The notes below the pieces were generated by a model. The model did not search any database, was not told the origin of the DNA, and saw only the letters and a list, made by a program, of their open reading frames with translations. The position numbers and the translations under genes were made by a program. Of a stretch of DNA of 64,000 bases, positions 55,910 to 64,000 are shown piece after piece; position 1 is the first letter of the stretch, and every line of letters starts with the position of its first letter. Source of the stretch: a virus (Duplodnaviria; Heunggongvirae; Uroviricota; Caudoviricetes); IMG/VR virus record IMGVR_UViG_3300005836_000011, positions 1 to 64,000 of that record, one strand, 5' to 3'.

Positions 55910-56706
55910 TTCTTCCTCTTTCTATTTCTATATTGAAAGAGCGCTTTGCGTCTCTCTTCTCGCATCGCAGCACGTTCAGCAATAACCGCTTCCCTGCGTG
56001 CCTTGCGATCAAGCTGAGTTCCTGAGCGCATACGCTTCAGATACAAATGTCCATCCGAACCTGTAGCCCGAAGAGCCTTCTCATACGTTGCATCTAATTT
56101 CGATTTATTCCAATTCGGATGAAGATGCTCTACTTTGGAGCGTTTCGAGAATGCCCATTGACCACGCCTGATCGCAGTCTGAACGAACTCATTGTCTACA
56201 AACTGATGGTCATAGAGTTCGCAGAAAACGAGGCCAGTGTTGTCGATTGTACCGCCGTACTGATTGATATAGGTACGACGGATGAGTGAGTGGGTAGAGT
56301 GACCGCCACGCTTCACGAGGGCATTACCCATATCGTCGGTTCCCACGACACCGACCTCGCGCCTATCCCCCAGCTTAATGGCATAAACATCCCAACCTGG
56401 ATGGAAGCGAAGATCGTCGGCAGCCTGAAAGACCCAAGGAGCATCTGTCTGTGGGAAGGCCCAATTAATCTTGCGCGCAAAATCCGCCTTTCCCGGTTGC
56501 CAGTTGGTGATCAGCGTTGTGGCGTCAGCTGCGCGACAAGTCTTGATCTGTTCCTTGTCCGAGGGTGAGCAGATAAAGAAGACGCGATATGAATGTGACG
56601 TTACCTTGACCGACTCCATGAATGGATGAACGTTCTGGGGACGTGCTAGAACCGGAACCAGGATGTCGATGTCACTCATAAGCTCGAGAGGTGAAACCCT
56701 GAGCAC
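55906..56706 (-). CDS. glycosyltransferase-like protein
   Basis: ORF track. Operon context with two GT2 genes. Acidic motifs YDHQFVDNEF. Confidence 0.4.
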   Translation of the reverse strand: MLRVSPLELMSDIDILVPVLARPQNVHPFMESVKVTSHSYRVFFICSPSDKEQIKTCRAADATTLITNWQPGKADFARKINWAFPQTDAPWVFQAADDLRFHPGWDVYAIKLGDRREVGVVGTDDMGNALVKRGGHSTHSLIRRTYINQYGGTIDNTGLVFCELYDHQFVDNEFVQTAIRRGQWAFSKRSKVEHLHPNWNKSKLDATYEKALRATGSDGHLYLKRMRSGTQLDRKARREAVIAERAAMREERRKALFQYRNRKRKK

Positions 56707-57059
56707 TCTGAACAGCGATATGCCGTCCTCTCATGCTTCGGGCGGCCCTTGCCGCCCTTGCGCTTCGAACGTAATTCGATCTTGGACAGTGCGATCATTG
56801 CCGACACCTTGTCTCGATACCGGATCTTTCCGGTCGAACAATTAGACAATGTATTCCTCCATTCGCGCTACTCCATATTCCAACTCTTGAACCATCTCAA
56901 CTACTTGCATCCTCGTATCATCGGTCACGGATTGAGGATCCTCGATGACGGTAAGCAATAAGTTCGCCAGCGAGAGGGTATTCATGTGTGAGAGGTGTAG
57001 TAGCTCTGCCCAGCCCATCCCATCAAGCATAAGTTCAGCCTTTCGTCGTCTACGAAAGA

Positions 57060-57422
57060 TCATTTCGGTTCCTCGACATTCAAACGAAGTCTCCAGGCAT
57101 AGATGTTTTCACGGTGGCAACCTCCGAACAAGGCTTCTGCCATCTCGGCAATTTCCTCGTCAGTATAACTTCGCAGCCAGAAACGGCGCTCAGCGTTGGT
57201 CGGAGGAATTCGACGAGCTGGAAACCGACAAAGGTTGCAGAGCGTCTTATGTGAGCTTCCCCGCCGCACATGGCGGTCGGTTAGCTCGCGTAGACGACCG
57301 CAGCCTGGACAGCGAACGGTTTGAGAATATGTTCGCCGCACCGATGCAGTTGCTCCCATGCGGTGATGATCGCCTTCGCTACGGACGGTAACCTCAACGT
57401 CTGGACACCAGTGACCGTGCAC
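57060..57422 (-). CDS. Zn-ribbon hypothetical protein (possible HNH-associated)
   Basis: CPGCGRL...CNLC. Overlaps the TerL stop. Confidence 0.35.
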   Translation of the reverse strand: MHGHWCPDVEVTVRSEGDHHRMGATASVRRTYSQTVRCPGCGRLRELTDRHVRRGSSHKTLCNLCRFPARRIPPTNAERRFWLRSYTDEEIAEMAEALFGGCHRENIYAWRLRLNVEEPK

Positions 57423-59019
57423 GGGCCGGTGCTGCCGACTTTGCTCTAAGCCAGTTCATAGCTTGCGACCATGCATCCACATCATCGTCATACATGGCAA
57501 ATGGGAAGGTGGCCATCGAATGTACGAACGCATTGATGTCCGCTGGCGTGCGTGCCTCGTCCATTGCAGGCTGCCAGGGAGGCCCATATCCAGGAATCCA
57601 ACAGTTGCCAGATTCGAGAACATCGGAGGCCGCTTCGGCTCGAGAGATCTTGTCACCGAGTGGCCCAGGAACAACCTTCTGCACACCGATGATCTCACGC
57701 TTCAGATCAACGATCAGCTCAATACCGTATCCAGCATTCTCGATCAAGACCGTTGAGTGGCAGTAGGGCCAGGTCTTGCGCGTCCACTTCGCCATCTCCA
57801 CGATACGGCGCTTGCACTTGCCGTAGTTCATCTTCCCCAGGTCGATGTCGAGGAGATAGCGATCTGCGCCGCGCACACCCCAAGCCTGAACGGCAACGTT
57901 GTCTGAGGATTCTTTGTCTTTCAATGGTGTATCGGCAGAGATAACGATTCGAGAAAACTTCGGAAGTTTTGTTGGATCACCGCGCCAGCGAGGGTCATAG
58001 AATCTCCACCAGTCGCGCTTGAGCAGGTTGCCTTCTCGAGGTGCGGGTCGCTGCTGCAACTGGCCAGCTGCACGGAAGGTTCCAAGCTCGGCCTCTAGGT
58101 TCCTAGACGCCTTTTCGTCTCGACGTGCTGGCCAGATGAGTTCTCCCTCAGCGCGTGGATCTCCGTACTCAAGAACTGGAGCGAGGTAAGGCTTTACCGC
58201 TGGATGTATGCGTTCTTTTCTCCAGGCATAAGGGTGACCTTCCTCGAAGCGTTCGGGAAGGCAGAGGATCGTCCAATCGTCTCCGCCTAGATCGAGCATA
58301 TGTGCAGCGAGATCATTCTCGTGAAGTCTCTGCATAACGAGAACGCGCGCGTGCTTGAAGTTCATATCAGCGTTGTCGACGTAGCGAGAAGAAGCGGTCG
58401 AGTCGTACCACTCGTTCGCTCGCGTCAACAGCGTACGCAGATCCATCACGGGGTCGCTCGAGTTATCAGCAGCCCGCGCCGGCACAGGATCGTCGATGAC
58501 GATTCGGTGGCCATGTTCTCCCGTTCCGGTTGACTGAGGGGTTGTTGCGAAGCGAGAGCCACCTTGTTTGTTGTTCCAGTAGGTTGCAGCCTCGAGGTTA
58601 AGTTCAGCTCCCTCGGGCCAGCGTTCCTTGTACCAAGGACTCGATACCACGGTTTGCGCGTCAAGTGAGAAGCGCTGCACGAGATGGATCTCATAGGAAG
58701 CTGTGAAGTAGCGAAGCCACGGCCTCATCGTCCATTCCCATGGATGCCAGTACACGGTGACCATTCCCGTCTTCATCGTTCCTGGTGGGATCCAGATCTG
58801 AAGACGATGAATCTCCCCACGTGTCACAGCCTCCAAGTGAGCGGCGATGGCTTCGAGGTGCCAGTTAGAGATGAACGGCTCGTGCTTTTTGACAGTGAGC
58901 CAGGCTTCCTTCACAAATGCCGAGAATGACTCGCGCAGTCGCTCGCGATCTTCCTGGGCCTTGGCCTGCTCTTGCCCCACCTTGAGGGCACTAAGAAGAT
59001 CAGCGTGGGTGATTGACAC
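57394..59019 (-). CDS. terminase large subunit
   Basis: 541 aa, first large gene of the late block. ATPase-like N-terminus and nuclease-like C-terminus (D/E-rich motifs). Confidence 0.7.
   Translation of the reverse strand: MSITHADLLSALKVGQEQAKAQEDRERLRESFSAFVKEAWLTVKKHEPFISNWHLEAIAAHLEAVTRGEIHRLQIWIPPGTMKTGMVTVYWHPWEWTMRPWLRYFTASYEIHLVQRFSLDAQTVVSSPWYKERWPEGAELNLEAATYWNNKQGGSRFATTPQSTGTGEHGHRIVIDDPVPARAADNSSDPVMDLRTLLTRANEWYDSTASSRYVDNADMNFKHARVLVMQRLHENDLAAHMLDLGGDDWTILCLPERFEEGHPYAWRKERIHPAVKPYLAPVLEYGDPRAEGELIWPARRDEKASRNLEAELGTFRAAGQLQQRPAPREGNLLKRDWWRFYDPRWRGDPTKLPKFSRIVISADTPLKDKESSDNVAVQAWGVRGADRYLLDIDLGKMNYGKCKRRIVEMAKWTRKTWPYCHSTVLIENAGYGIELIVDLKREIIGVQKVVPGPLGDKISRAEAASDVLESGNCWIPGYGPPWQPAMDEARTPADINAFVHSMATFPFAMYDDDVDAWSQAMNWLRAKSAAPARARSLVSRR
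58095..58106 (+). promoter_or_regulatory. CTAGGTTCCTAG 12-mer copy inside the TerL coding sequence
   Basis: Exact copy; encodes SRNLE in TerL. Confidence 0.45.
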
Positions 59020-59357
59020 GTTTCACCTTATCTACGAGGACAGTTCCAGGGAAGTGGTGGAATATGTCCGCAAGGACCATACCCTGTCGGGGTATAGAAG
59101 AAGAAAGGAGTTCCTTCATGAGCCCCTTCTCCTCCTTACCCATGCTCCTAGAGAGCTCGCCTAGATCGTAGATGGTTAGCTCTCCTGGCGCTTTCTTCTC
59201 AGCCATGGGACTCGTTCGTTTTCGATCGCTTCGATGTCGGCGCGAGAATACCGCCGGCCCCCATAGCGATCGGTTGTGGGATCGTTCTTGCGTAGCCTGA
59301 GATCGCTCTCGAATTCAGCGTCCTTTCGTCTGCGCTCTTCAATCCTTTTAATGACGC

Positions 59358-59786
59358 TCACGCGGCCACCGAGTGATCTTCGATCATGCGTTGTTCAACG
59401 GTTTCAATCAGGCGGTCGTAGTCCTCTGAGGGAAGGTACTTCGCGAGGACACCGGCAATAGCCTGAATCTCTACGGTGCCGCCAACTTCCACCTTCGCAG
59501 AGCGCGCCCATGCAAACGCTTCTCCATAGGTAGTGAGCATGAAGCGAAGCGCAGGCCAGTGGCCACCCATCGCTAGCTCTACCGCACAGCGCTCAAGGCG
59601 CTCGGTGAGTTCGCCGCGTCCCTCAACCAACGCCTGCTCATAGAGGCGATTGAAGGATGGGTCTCTATTGCACAGGAATTTAAACTTGGTGGCTGTCGAT
59701 CCAACTGCCTCTGCAGCCTGCTGACGGTTCATGCCATCGCGTATATGCGCGATGAACTCCTCCTGCTGTTCAACGGTTAGCTCCAC
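59358..59786 (-). CDS. terminase small subunit-like protein (N-terminal HTH)
   Basis: MNRQQAAEAVGSTATKF HTH-like. Position upstream of TerL. Confidence 0.4.
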   Translation of the reverse strand: MELTVEQQEEFIAHIRDGMNRQQAAEAVGSTATKFKFLCNRDPSFNRLYEQALVEGRGELTERLERCAVELAMGGHWPALRFMLTTYGEAFAWARSAKVEVGGTVEIQAIAGVLAKYLPSEDYDRLIETVEQRMIEDHSVAA

Positions 59787-59814
59787 ACTGTGAGTGTAGA
59801 ACTAATCGCGGCTA

Positions 59815-60189
59815 TTACGACAGACCAAGCTTGGCAAGAGCCTGCAAAAGAGAGTCTGGAGTAGCTTCTCTGTTCGTCGTAATATGAACTGGCTTCGTAA
59901 GCGGAGGGCCGAGTTCTTCCCAGCGCTTATCACTTTTCTTGAGCGCTTTGCTAGCAACATTAACTGCAGCTAGATCTCCAACCTCCATGACATTTTCTAG
60001 AGCAGACCGAAACTCTTTGGCATCTAGGTAGATGCGCTTGCGCTTTTGCCACAACCACTTTCCATATCCATTCTTCACGGCTTTGCGAGACCAAAGTTTC
60101 TTATTTTCTGGATCTGCGTACGGCATTTTATGCTCCCTCCTCGAGTTCTTCCTTATGTCGTAACCAAGACTCAGGCATGGGTTGAGCAC
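59815..60189 (-). CDS. hypothetical protein
   Basis: ORF track. Confidence 0.35.
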   Translation of the reverse strand: MLNPCLSLGYDIRKNSRREHKMPYADPENKKLWSRKAVKNGYGKWLWQKRKRIYLDAKEFRSALENVMEVGDLAAVNVASKALKKSDKRWEELGPPLTKPVHITTNREATPDSLLQALAKLGLS

Positions 60190-60331
60190 CGAGAGCTACC
60201 ACGCGATCTGTGTGCCATTTGGAAATCTCCTCGCGCACGATCGTTCTCACCCACTGTTGGATTTCACGACCTTCCGTTGCTTCGATGACGCGCGCATCTT
60301 CGGCGCGCACATATACGACGATTTTCGGCAC

Positions 60332-60667
60332 TTACACCTCCTCGCCTTGCTTGAGTGCGGCGCAAGCGGCGCAGGGATTCGTTTCACCGAACTCCTGGCA
60401 GGCCCCTATCCCGCCGTCGAGATAAAACTGGCAGCCTCCCTCCCGCAGCGCCGCCTCAAGTTCGCGCACGCGGGCTTCGGCGGCTTCGGCGCGGGCTACG
60501 GCTTGTCGCCAGTTCCAGTCTTCGGTTTGCTGCTCCTCGATGCGAGCTTCCAGGCGGTCGAGAGCGCTCCACGGGTCAGCCGTTATGCCAGTCAGTTCTC
60601 GTGGTTCTGGCCCCAGCGCCTCCCTGACAAGCTGTACGTCGGAGGCGGTCACGCCCAGATCACCCAC
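60332..60667 (-). CDS. hypothetical protein
   Basis: ORF track. Confidence 0.4.
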   Translation of the reverse strand: MGDLGVTASDVQLVREALGPEPRELTGITADPWSALDRLEARIEEQQTEDWNWRQAVARAEAAEARVRELEAALREGGCQFYLDGGIGACQEFGETNPCAACAALKQGEEV

Positions 60668-60725
60668 CCGGCGAGCAGGCCCAACGCGAACGGGAGCAGC
60701 ACCACGAAAGCGGATTCAGCGAAGT

Positions 60726-61013
60726 TCACGGCTTGCGCTCCGAGTCAGCGGGGGCGGGGCGGCGACGAAGATCGAGCGGCGGATACGTCCCCGGCTTGTC
60801 GTGGTCGCGTGAGGCCCGGAACATGTTCATGTCCTTCAGTTCTCGCTCTCCGAGCGCCTTGCTCACGTAGTCGTAGAGCCACTGGGCGCGGGCGAGTCGC
60901 CAGGCGTCGTGGTCGCCCTTCACGACTCCTCGCTGGGACGGATATGTGAACTTGCCGGGGAGGAGCAGCCGCTTGGCGTCCTTGAATGCTCGCTCGTAGT
61001 CTCTGCCGCTCAC
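60726..61013 (-). CDS. hypothetical protein
   Basis: ORF track. Confidence 0.4.
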   Translation of the reverse strand: MSGRDYERAFKDAKRLLLPGKFTYPSQRGVVKGDHDAWRLARAQWLYDYVSKALGERELKDMNMFRASRDHDKPGTYPPLDLRRRPAPADSERKP

Positions 61014-61198
61014 CGCTCTCCCTCCAACGCAGCACGAACGTGGGTTTCAAGGTAGTGGGCGCGGTAGGAGTCATCCCGCCAGAATCGCCGTCCGCATTGA
61101 CCACATCGCCTCCACCACCACACATACAGCGGCAGCGGCACGGCGGGCGTCCATCCGCGCTCGGGGTGCTTTGGGTCGAACTGCATGGGGTGATTCAC
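61010..61198 (-). CDS. C2H2-like Zn-finger protein
   Basis: CGQCGRRFWRDDSYRAHYLETH. Confidence 0.4.
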   Translation of the reverse strand: MNHPMQFDPKHPERGWTPAVPLPLYVWWWRRCGQCGRRFWRDDSYRAHYLETHVRAALEGER

Positions 61199-61599
61199 TG
61201 CCGCTCTCCCTCCAACTCAGTCTCAAGGGCGGCGAGGGCGCGGAAGGGAGTCAGATCAGGCCACTCTTCATCCGCGAGCATCGCAGCGAGCCGCGCGCAG
61301 TTCGGCTTGTGTTGACCGCAGTCGTCGTGGAAGGTGTTGAGGCAATCCGCGCAGTAGTGACTATTGCCGACGAAACCGAGAGCGCGAATCACAGCAACAC
61401 CAGATCCTTCTCGCTCCGCCGCCTCGGTGAGCGCGATCAGGGCGGGGAGGGGCACCGAGGCAAGTAGCGAATCTTGCGGCGTCCAGTCTCCTTCGCCAAT
61501 GAGTTCCAGCGAAGCACGAACCGCCGCGTCCAGCGCCTTCAAGGATTCCGAGGCGGTCACTGAACGCTCCACCAGCCAGCCATGCCGCCGATCAGCCAT
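61195..61599 (-). CDS. hypothetical protein
   Basis: C-terminal 134 aa of ORF 61195-61761, starting at MADRRHGW. The upstream part of the listed ORF is Cys/Arg junk overlapping two small TM genes. Confidence 0.4.
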   Translation of the reverse strand: MADRRHGWLVERSVTASESLKALDAAVRASLELIGEGDWTPQDSLLASVPLPALIALTEAAEREGSGVAVIRALGFVGNSHYCADCLNTFHDDCGQHKPNCARLAAMLADEEWPDLTPFRALAALETELEGERQ

Positions 61600-61688
61600 A
61601 CCGCCAGCGTGATCATCAGGAAGCACGTCGAGAAGGCGATGACGCCCATCGTCACCATGAATACGAAGAATGCGCGATCGTCGTTCAT
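61556..61688 (-). CDS. small TM protein (43 aa)
   Basis: MNDDRAFFVFMVTMGVIAFSTCFLMITLAVWLIGGMAGWWSVQ. Its ATG overlaps the TGA of the upstream small gene. Confidence 0.4.
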
Positions 61689-61780
61689 GAGAGCCACCAA
61701 GCAAGCAACGCGATGCCAATAGCCAACAGCACCATAGAGCTAAGAAACACTGGCAACACAACCCACGGTGGCATCATGAT
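61685..61780 (-). CDS. small TM protein (about 30 aa)
   Basis: MMPPWVVLPVFLSSMVLLAIGIALLAWWLS; RBS ggagaaatc. Confidence 0.35.
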   Translation of the reverse strand: MMMPPWVVLPVFLSSMVLLAIGIALLAWWLS

Positions 61781-61947
61781 TTCTCCTTCAGCGCATCTTC
61801 CATAGCGGCCATCGCATTTCCGAGATCGTTGGAGATCGCTTCTGGCTCGGATGACTTCACCGCATCTATGAGTTCCTGGGCGAGACGCTCTAGTTTCAGT
61901 ACGCGCATACGCGCTCTACGTAGACGTAAATAGTCAAAGGTTTTCAC
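61775..61947 (-). CDS. small hypothetical protein (GTG start)
   Basis: VKTFDYLRLRRARMRVLKLERLAQELIDAVKSSEPEAISNDLGNAMAAMEDALKEKS. Stop overlaps the next ATG. Confidence 0.3.
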
Positions 61948-62408
61948 TTAGGGGCGGTCAGTCGCTTAAACAGCGGAACCGGCTCCATGCCCATCTGCTC
62001 GGCATAAAAATTGGCAACTCCCCTAAGTGCGCGATGAAGATAGCGACCAGAAGGCTTCCCATCTTCTCGATACCACTTGGTCGAGGTGGCGTAGCCGTTG
62101 GTGAATCCATACCAGGGCTGCCAGCCGCGACGGTCATAGAGACTTCGCGCTCTCGACAGATTCTCGGGAACTCCATACAGCTTGCGCTCGGCCGCAGTTC
62201 CCACTTCCTCAAAGGGAATGTTGATCTGAAACAACCCGACATCCCGCGACGGCTTATCACCGACGTTGTCGTGATAGGCAAGTGGATAGCCATTCGACTC
62301 AGAGAGACACACCGCCACTGCCTTCACAAGTTCAAAGTCTTTCCAGCCAGCGGCATGACACAATCGTGCCAACTCCCGTGGCTCCAGAGCTTTCCCAATG
62401 AGCGGCAT
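61944..62408 (-). CDS. lytic transglycosylase (Slt/lysozyme-like) domain protein
   Basis: ESNGYPLAYHDN...DVGLFQIN resembles the E...S...GLMQ signature of Slt-family transglycosylases. Confidence 0.5.
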   Translation of the reverse strand: MPLIGKALEPRELARLCHAAGWKDFELVKAVAVCLSESNGYPLAYHDNVGDKPSRDVGLFQINIPFEEVGTAAERKLYGVPENLSRARSLYDRRGWQPWYGFTNGYATSTKWYREDGKPSGRYLHRALRGVANFYAEQMGMEPVPLFKRLTAPK

Positions 62409-62680
62409 CACACCTTCTTCCAATCGTCAGGCAGAGGAACATCCTTCCGCGCTTCAGGTGGAAGCTGTAAAGCAAGCCAGCGCGCTAGAAGCTCAGCGGC
62501 CCCTTGCACATCCCGTGACACATCAGCCAGCTTCTTCAGTTCATTAGAGTAGTCGGGTGGCTGTGGGATCTTATGAAAGCTGCGATAAGAATAAACACCC
62601 AGCGCAACCTGAATGTTGTTAAGCGCCTGAATCAGCTCCTCGTGGCGTTTCTGACTGCCCGTAAAAATTCTGATTTTCAA
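62408..62680 (-). CDS. hypothetical protein
   Basis: ORF track. Confidence 0.4.
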   Translation of the reverse strand: MKIRIFTGSQKRHEELIQALNNIQVALGVYSYRSFHKIPQPPDYSNELKKLADVSRDVQGAAELLARWLALQLPPEARKDVPLPDDWKKV

Positions 62681-63006
62681 AACCGCCCTTTCTTCTTCGC
62701 CGGCACCGGTTTGAAGTCTGGCTTGAACTCCTTCACATACGACGCGGGGGAACTCTCGGAGCGGGACCGGCCAGTCATGGGTGTGTCATCCCGCATTTCG
62801 GTAGATTCCCCGGTGGGGTTGTCTGCCTTATGACCGTCGCCTGACACATAAGGCGGCGTGGTCGCATCCCGCTCCGACAATGCCTCCGACCTCTCGCGAA
62901 ACAGTCGATACACCATCTCCCTCTGAAGGGATCGCCTCGACCCGTTCGCCCACTTCTGTAACAACTCCAACTCCTCTTCAGTGAGTCTTAGATTGACTTT
63001 AGGCAT
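62677..63006 (-). CDS. ribbon-helix-helix (CopG/Arc-like) DNA-binding protein
   Basis: N-terminal MPKVNLRLTEEELELLQKWANGSRRSLQREMVYRL looks like a beta-strand plus two-helix RHH. First gene downstream of the repeat array. Confidence 0.5.
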   Translation of the reverse strand: MPKVNLRLTEEELELLQKWANGSRRSLQREMVYRLFRERSEALSERDATTPPYVSGDGHKADNPTGESTEMRDDTPMTGRSRSESSPASYVKEFKPDFKPVPAKKKGRF

Positions 63007-63200
63007 GGGGCCAGCCTATCACATTCTGGGGCCAGAATGGCCCTATAGGGCCAAGTATCAGATGTCACTGTAGTTGCCAGGAAGTGGTGCACTAGTACCC
63101 CAGTATAGCTGAATTTGTTATATACACAGGGCGGGACCTCGCGCCTGCCGGCGGCGGGTGGGGGTCGGCAATGGGCAGGCCGGTTCCCGCGCCCGAGCTC

Positions 63201-63480
63201 TCGCCAAGACTGGCAACGGGCGATGCCAAGACGGGCAACCTAAACCGTTGCCACTACTGGCAGCGCGTTGCTAGTGGCGACAACTAGTGGCCGGGACTGG
63301 CAACGCGTTGGCCGTTTCGCGAACGGGCAACGTCTAGGATCCTAGACCCTGCGACGTTGTCAGAATCGGACACGCTCCGCGCGGCGAATCCCGCCGGGAC
63401 GGGGAGAGAGAATCCCGCCGGGAAGTAGCGGCGTTGCCAAGCTCGGCAGCTAGATCGGCGTTGGCAATTAGGCTTACAGC
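63201..63480. repeat. iteron-like array of GGCAAC/GTTGCC hexamers, including direct repeat GCCAAGACNGGCAAC
   Basis: At least eight copies in 280 bp of non-coding DNA (63212, 63234, 63247, 63266v, 63301, 63327, 63433, 63469v), in both orientations, plus the palindrome-like ggcaacgcgttggcc. Confidence 0.6.
63334..63345 (+). promoter_or_regulatory. CTAGGATCCTAG, perfect-palindrome variant of the 12-mer
   Basis: Inside the repeat-rich divergent control region. Confidence 0.45.
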
Positions 63481-63725
63481 GCGAAGGGGAGTAGCATTAG
63501 GGGTGCAGTAGGAAGTAGGCGGCAGAACCGGAGAATACGGGGAGCGCGCCGGGGAAGCGGGGGAGATCCGTTTCCGCTCGCGAGAGAAAGACTCGCCGCG
63601 TGACACCATCCGATTGAAAGCTCGCCAGGACGGCAGCGACCGACCTACCCGCGAGCTTGAGAGTGTGGTCTTGGCTAATGCTCGAGATCCGCCGAGAAAC
63701 GGCGGAGAACGGAGAACCCAAGACC

Positions 63726-64000
63726 ATGAGTACCACCGCAGACAAAGCACAGGCACCAGTCAGCAACGCTAAGGCGATTCGTTCCGAGTGCTCGCGCGAG
63801 ATTGGCGCGGCGCTTAAGGATGAGGCCAGAGCGGCGCTTAGGATCGGCGTTGCGCTCAACCTCGCAAGCTCGACGTTCACCGTCGAGGAGAGGGAAGCGT
63901 GGCAGGCATGGGCAACGAGTGTCACCCGCAAGTCTTGGAAAACGTGCCAGTCGTATATGGCAGTCGCCAAGACCCACGGCAAGCTCACCCGGCAGGCCGA
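63726..64000 (+). CDS. hypothetical protein, 5' fragment continuing past the window end
   Basis: ATG 63726 after 'ggagaac'. Frame open to nt 64000. Divergent from the RHH gene. Confidence 0.35.
   Translation, partial: MSTTADKAQAPVSNAKAIRSECSREIGAALKDEARAALRIGVALNLASSTFTVEEREAWQAWATSVTRKSWKTCQSYMAVAKTHGKLTRQA

Noticed and set aside
491-63345. The 12-mer appearing to mark stop codons of many ORFs
   Set aside because: This is partly trivial, because the motif contains TAG in two frames on each strand, so any ORF crossing it terminates there. What matters is its location at gene junctions and its copy number, not the stop coincidence.
1-64000. tRNA genes, integrase or attachment sites, CRISPR arrays
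   Set aside because: No GTTCRANYC-type T-loop contexts with acceptor-stem pairing were noticed in the intergenic gaps, and no tyrosine or serine recombinase motifs were seen. A proper tRNAscan/Aragorn run is still needed, since manual scanning is weak.

Overview
This window reads as a high-GC (about 58-60%) siphovirus-type phage or prophage segment, most likely actinobacterial. No integrase, tRNA or CRISPR array was seen.

Positions 1-16.7 kb are a plus-strand early/replication-type block of tightly packed small genes. It includes a C5 cytosine DNA methyltransferase, a DEDD 3'-5' exonuclease, an SPFH (band-7) protein, an SLOG/DUF2493-domain ORF and several HNH nucleases.

Positions 16.8-59.8 kb are a minus-strand late block. 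In transcription order it holds TerS-like, TerL, a glycosyltransferase/methyltransferase cassette, portal, protease, capsid with a fused scaffold-like N-terminus, a 1600-aa collagen-like protein and a second glycosyltransferase/methyltransferase cassette. These are followed by head-tail genes, the G/G-T tail-assembly chaperones, a 1564-aa tape measure protein, minor tail proteins and a lysis cassette of three peptidoglycan hydrolases, with a holin-like membrane gene downstream. After that come small minus-strand genes, and a divergent control region with an iteron-like repeat array at 63.0-63.7 kb.

The observations most worth a second look:
- About ten glycosyltransferase and SAM-methyltransferase genes are interleaved with the structural genes, next to a giant (Gly-X-Y)n collagen-like protein. 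This suggests a BclA- or Mimivirus-like glycosylated collagen fibre on the virion.
- The C5-methyltransferase gene carries a LAGLIDADG-like domain in a shifted reading frame, plus a second frameshift. There are also two free-standing paralogous LAGLIDADG genes and five HNH genes.
- A near-palindromic 12-mer, CTAGGWWCCTAG, occurs nine times exactly plus degenerate copies, mostly at gene junctions (one exact copy lies inside TerL).
- The SLOG-domain ORF has no start codon and sits in the -1 frame of its upstream gene.
- There is a classical -1 frame G/G-T chaperone overlap upstream of the tape measure gene.
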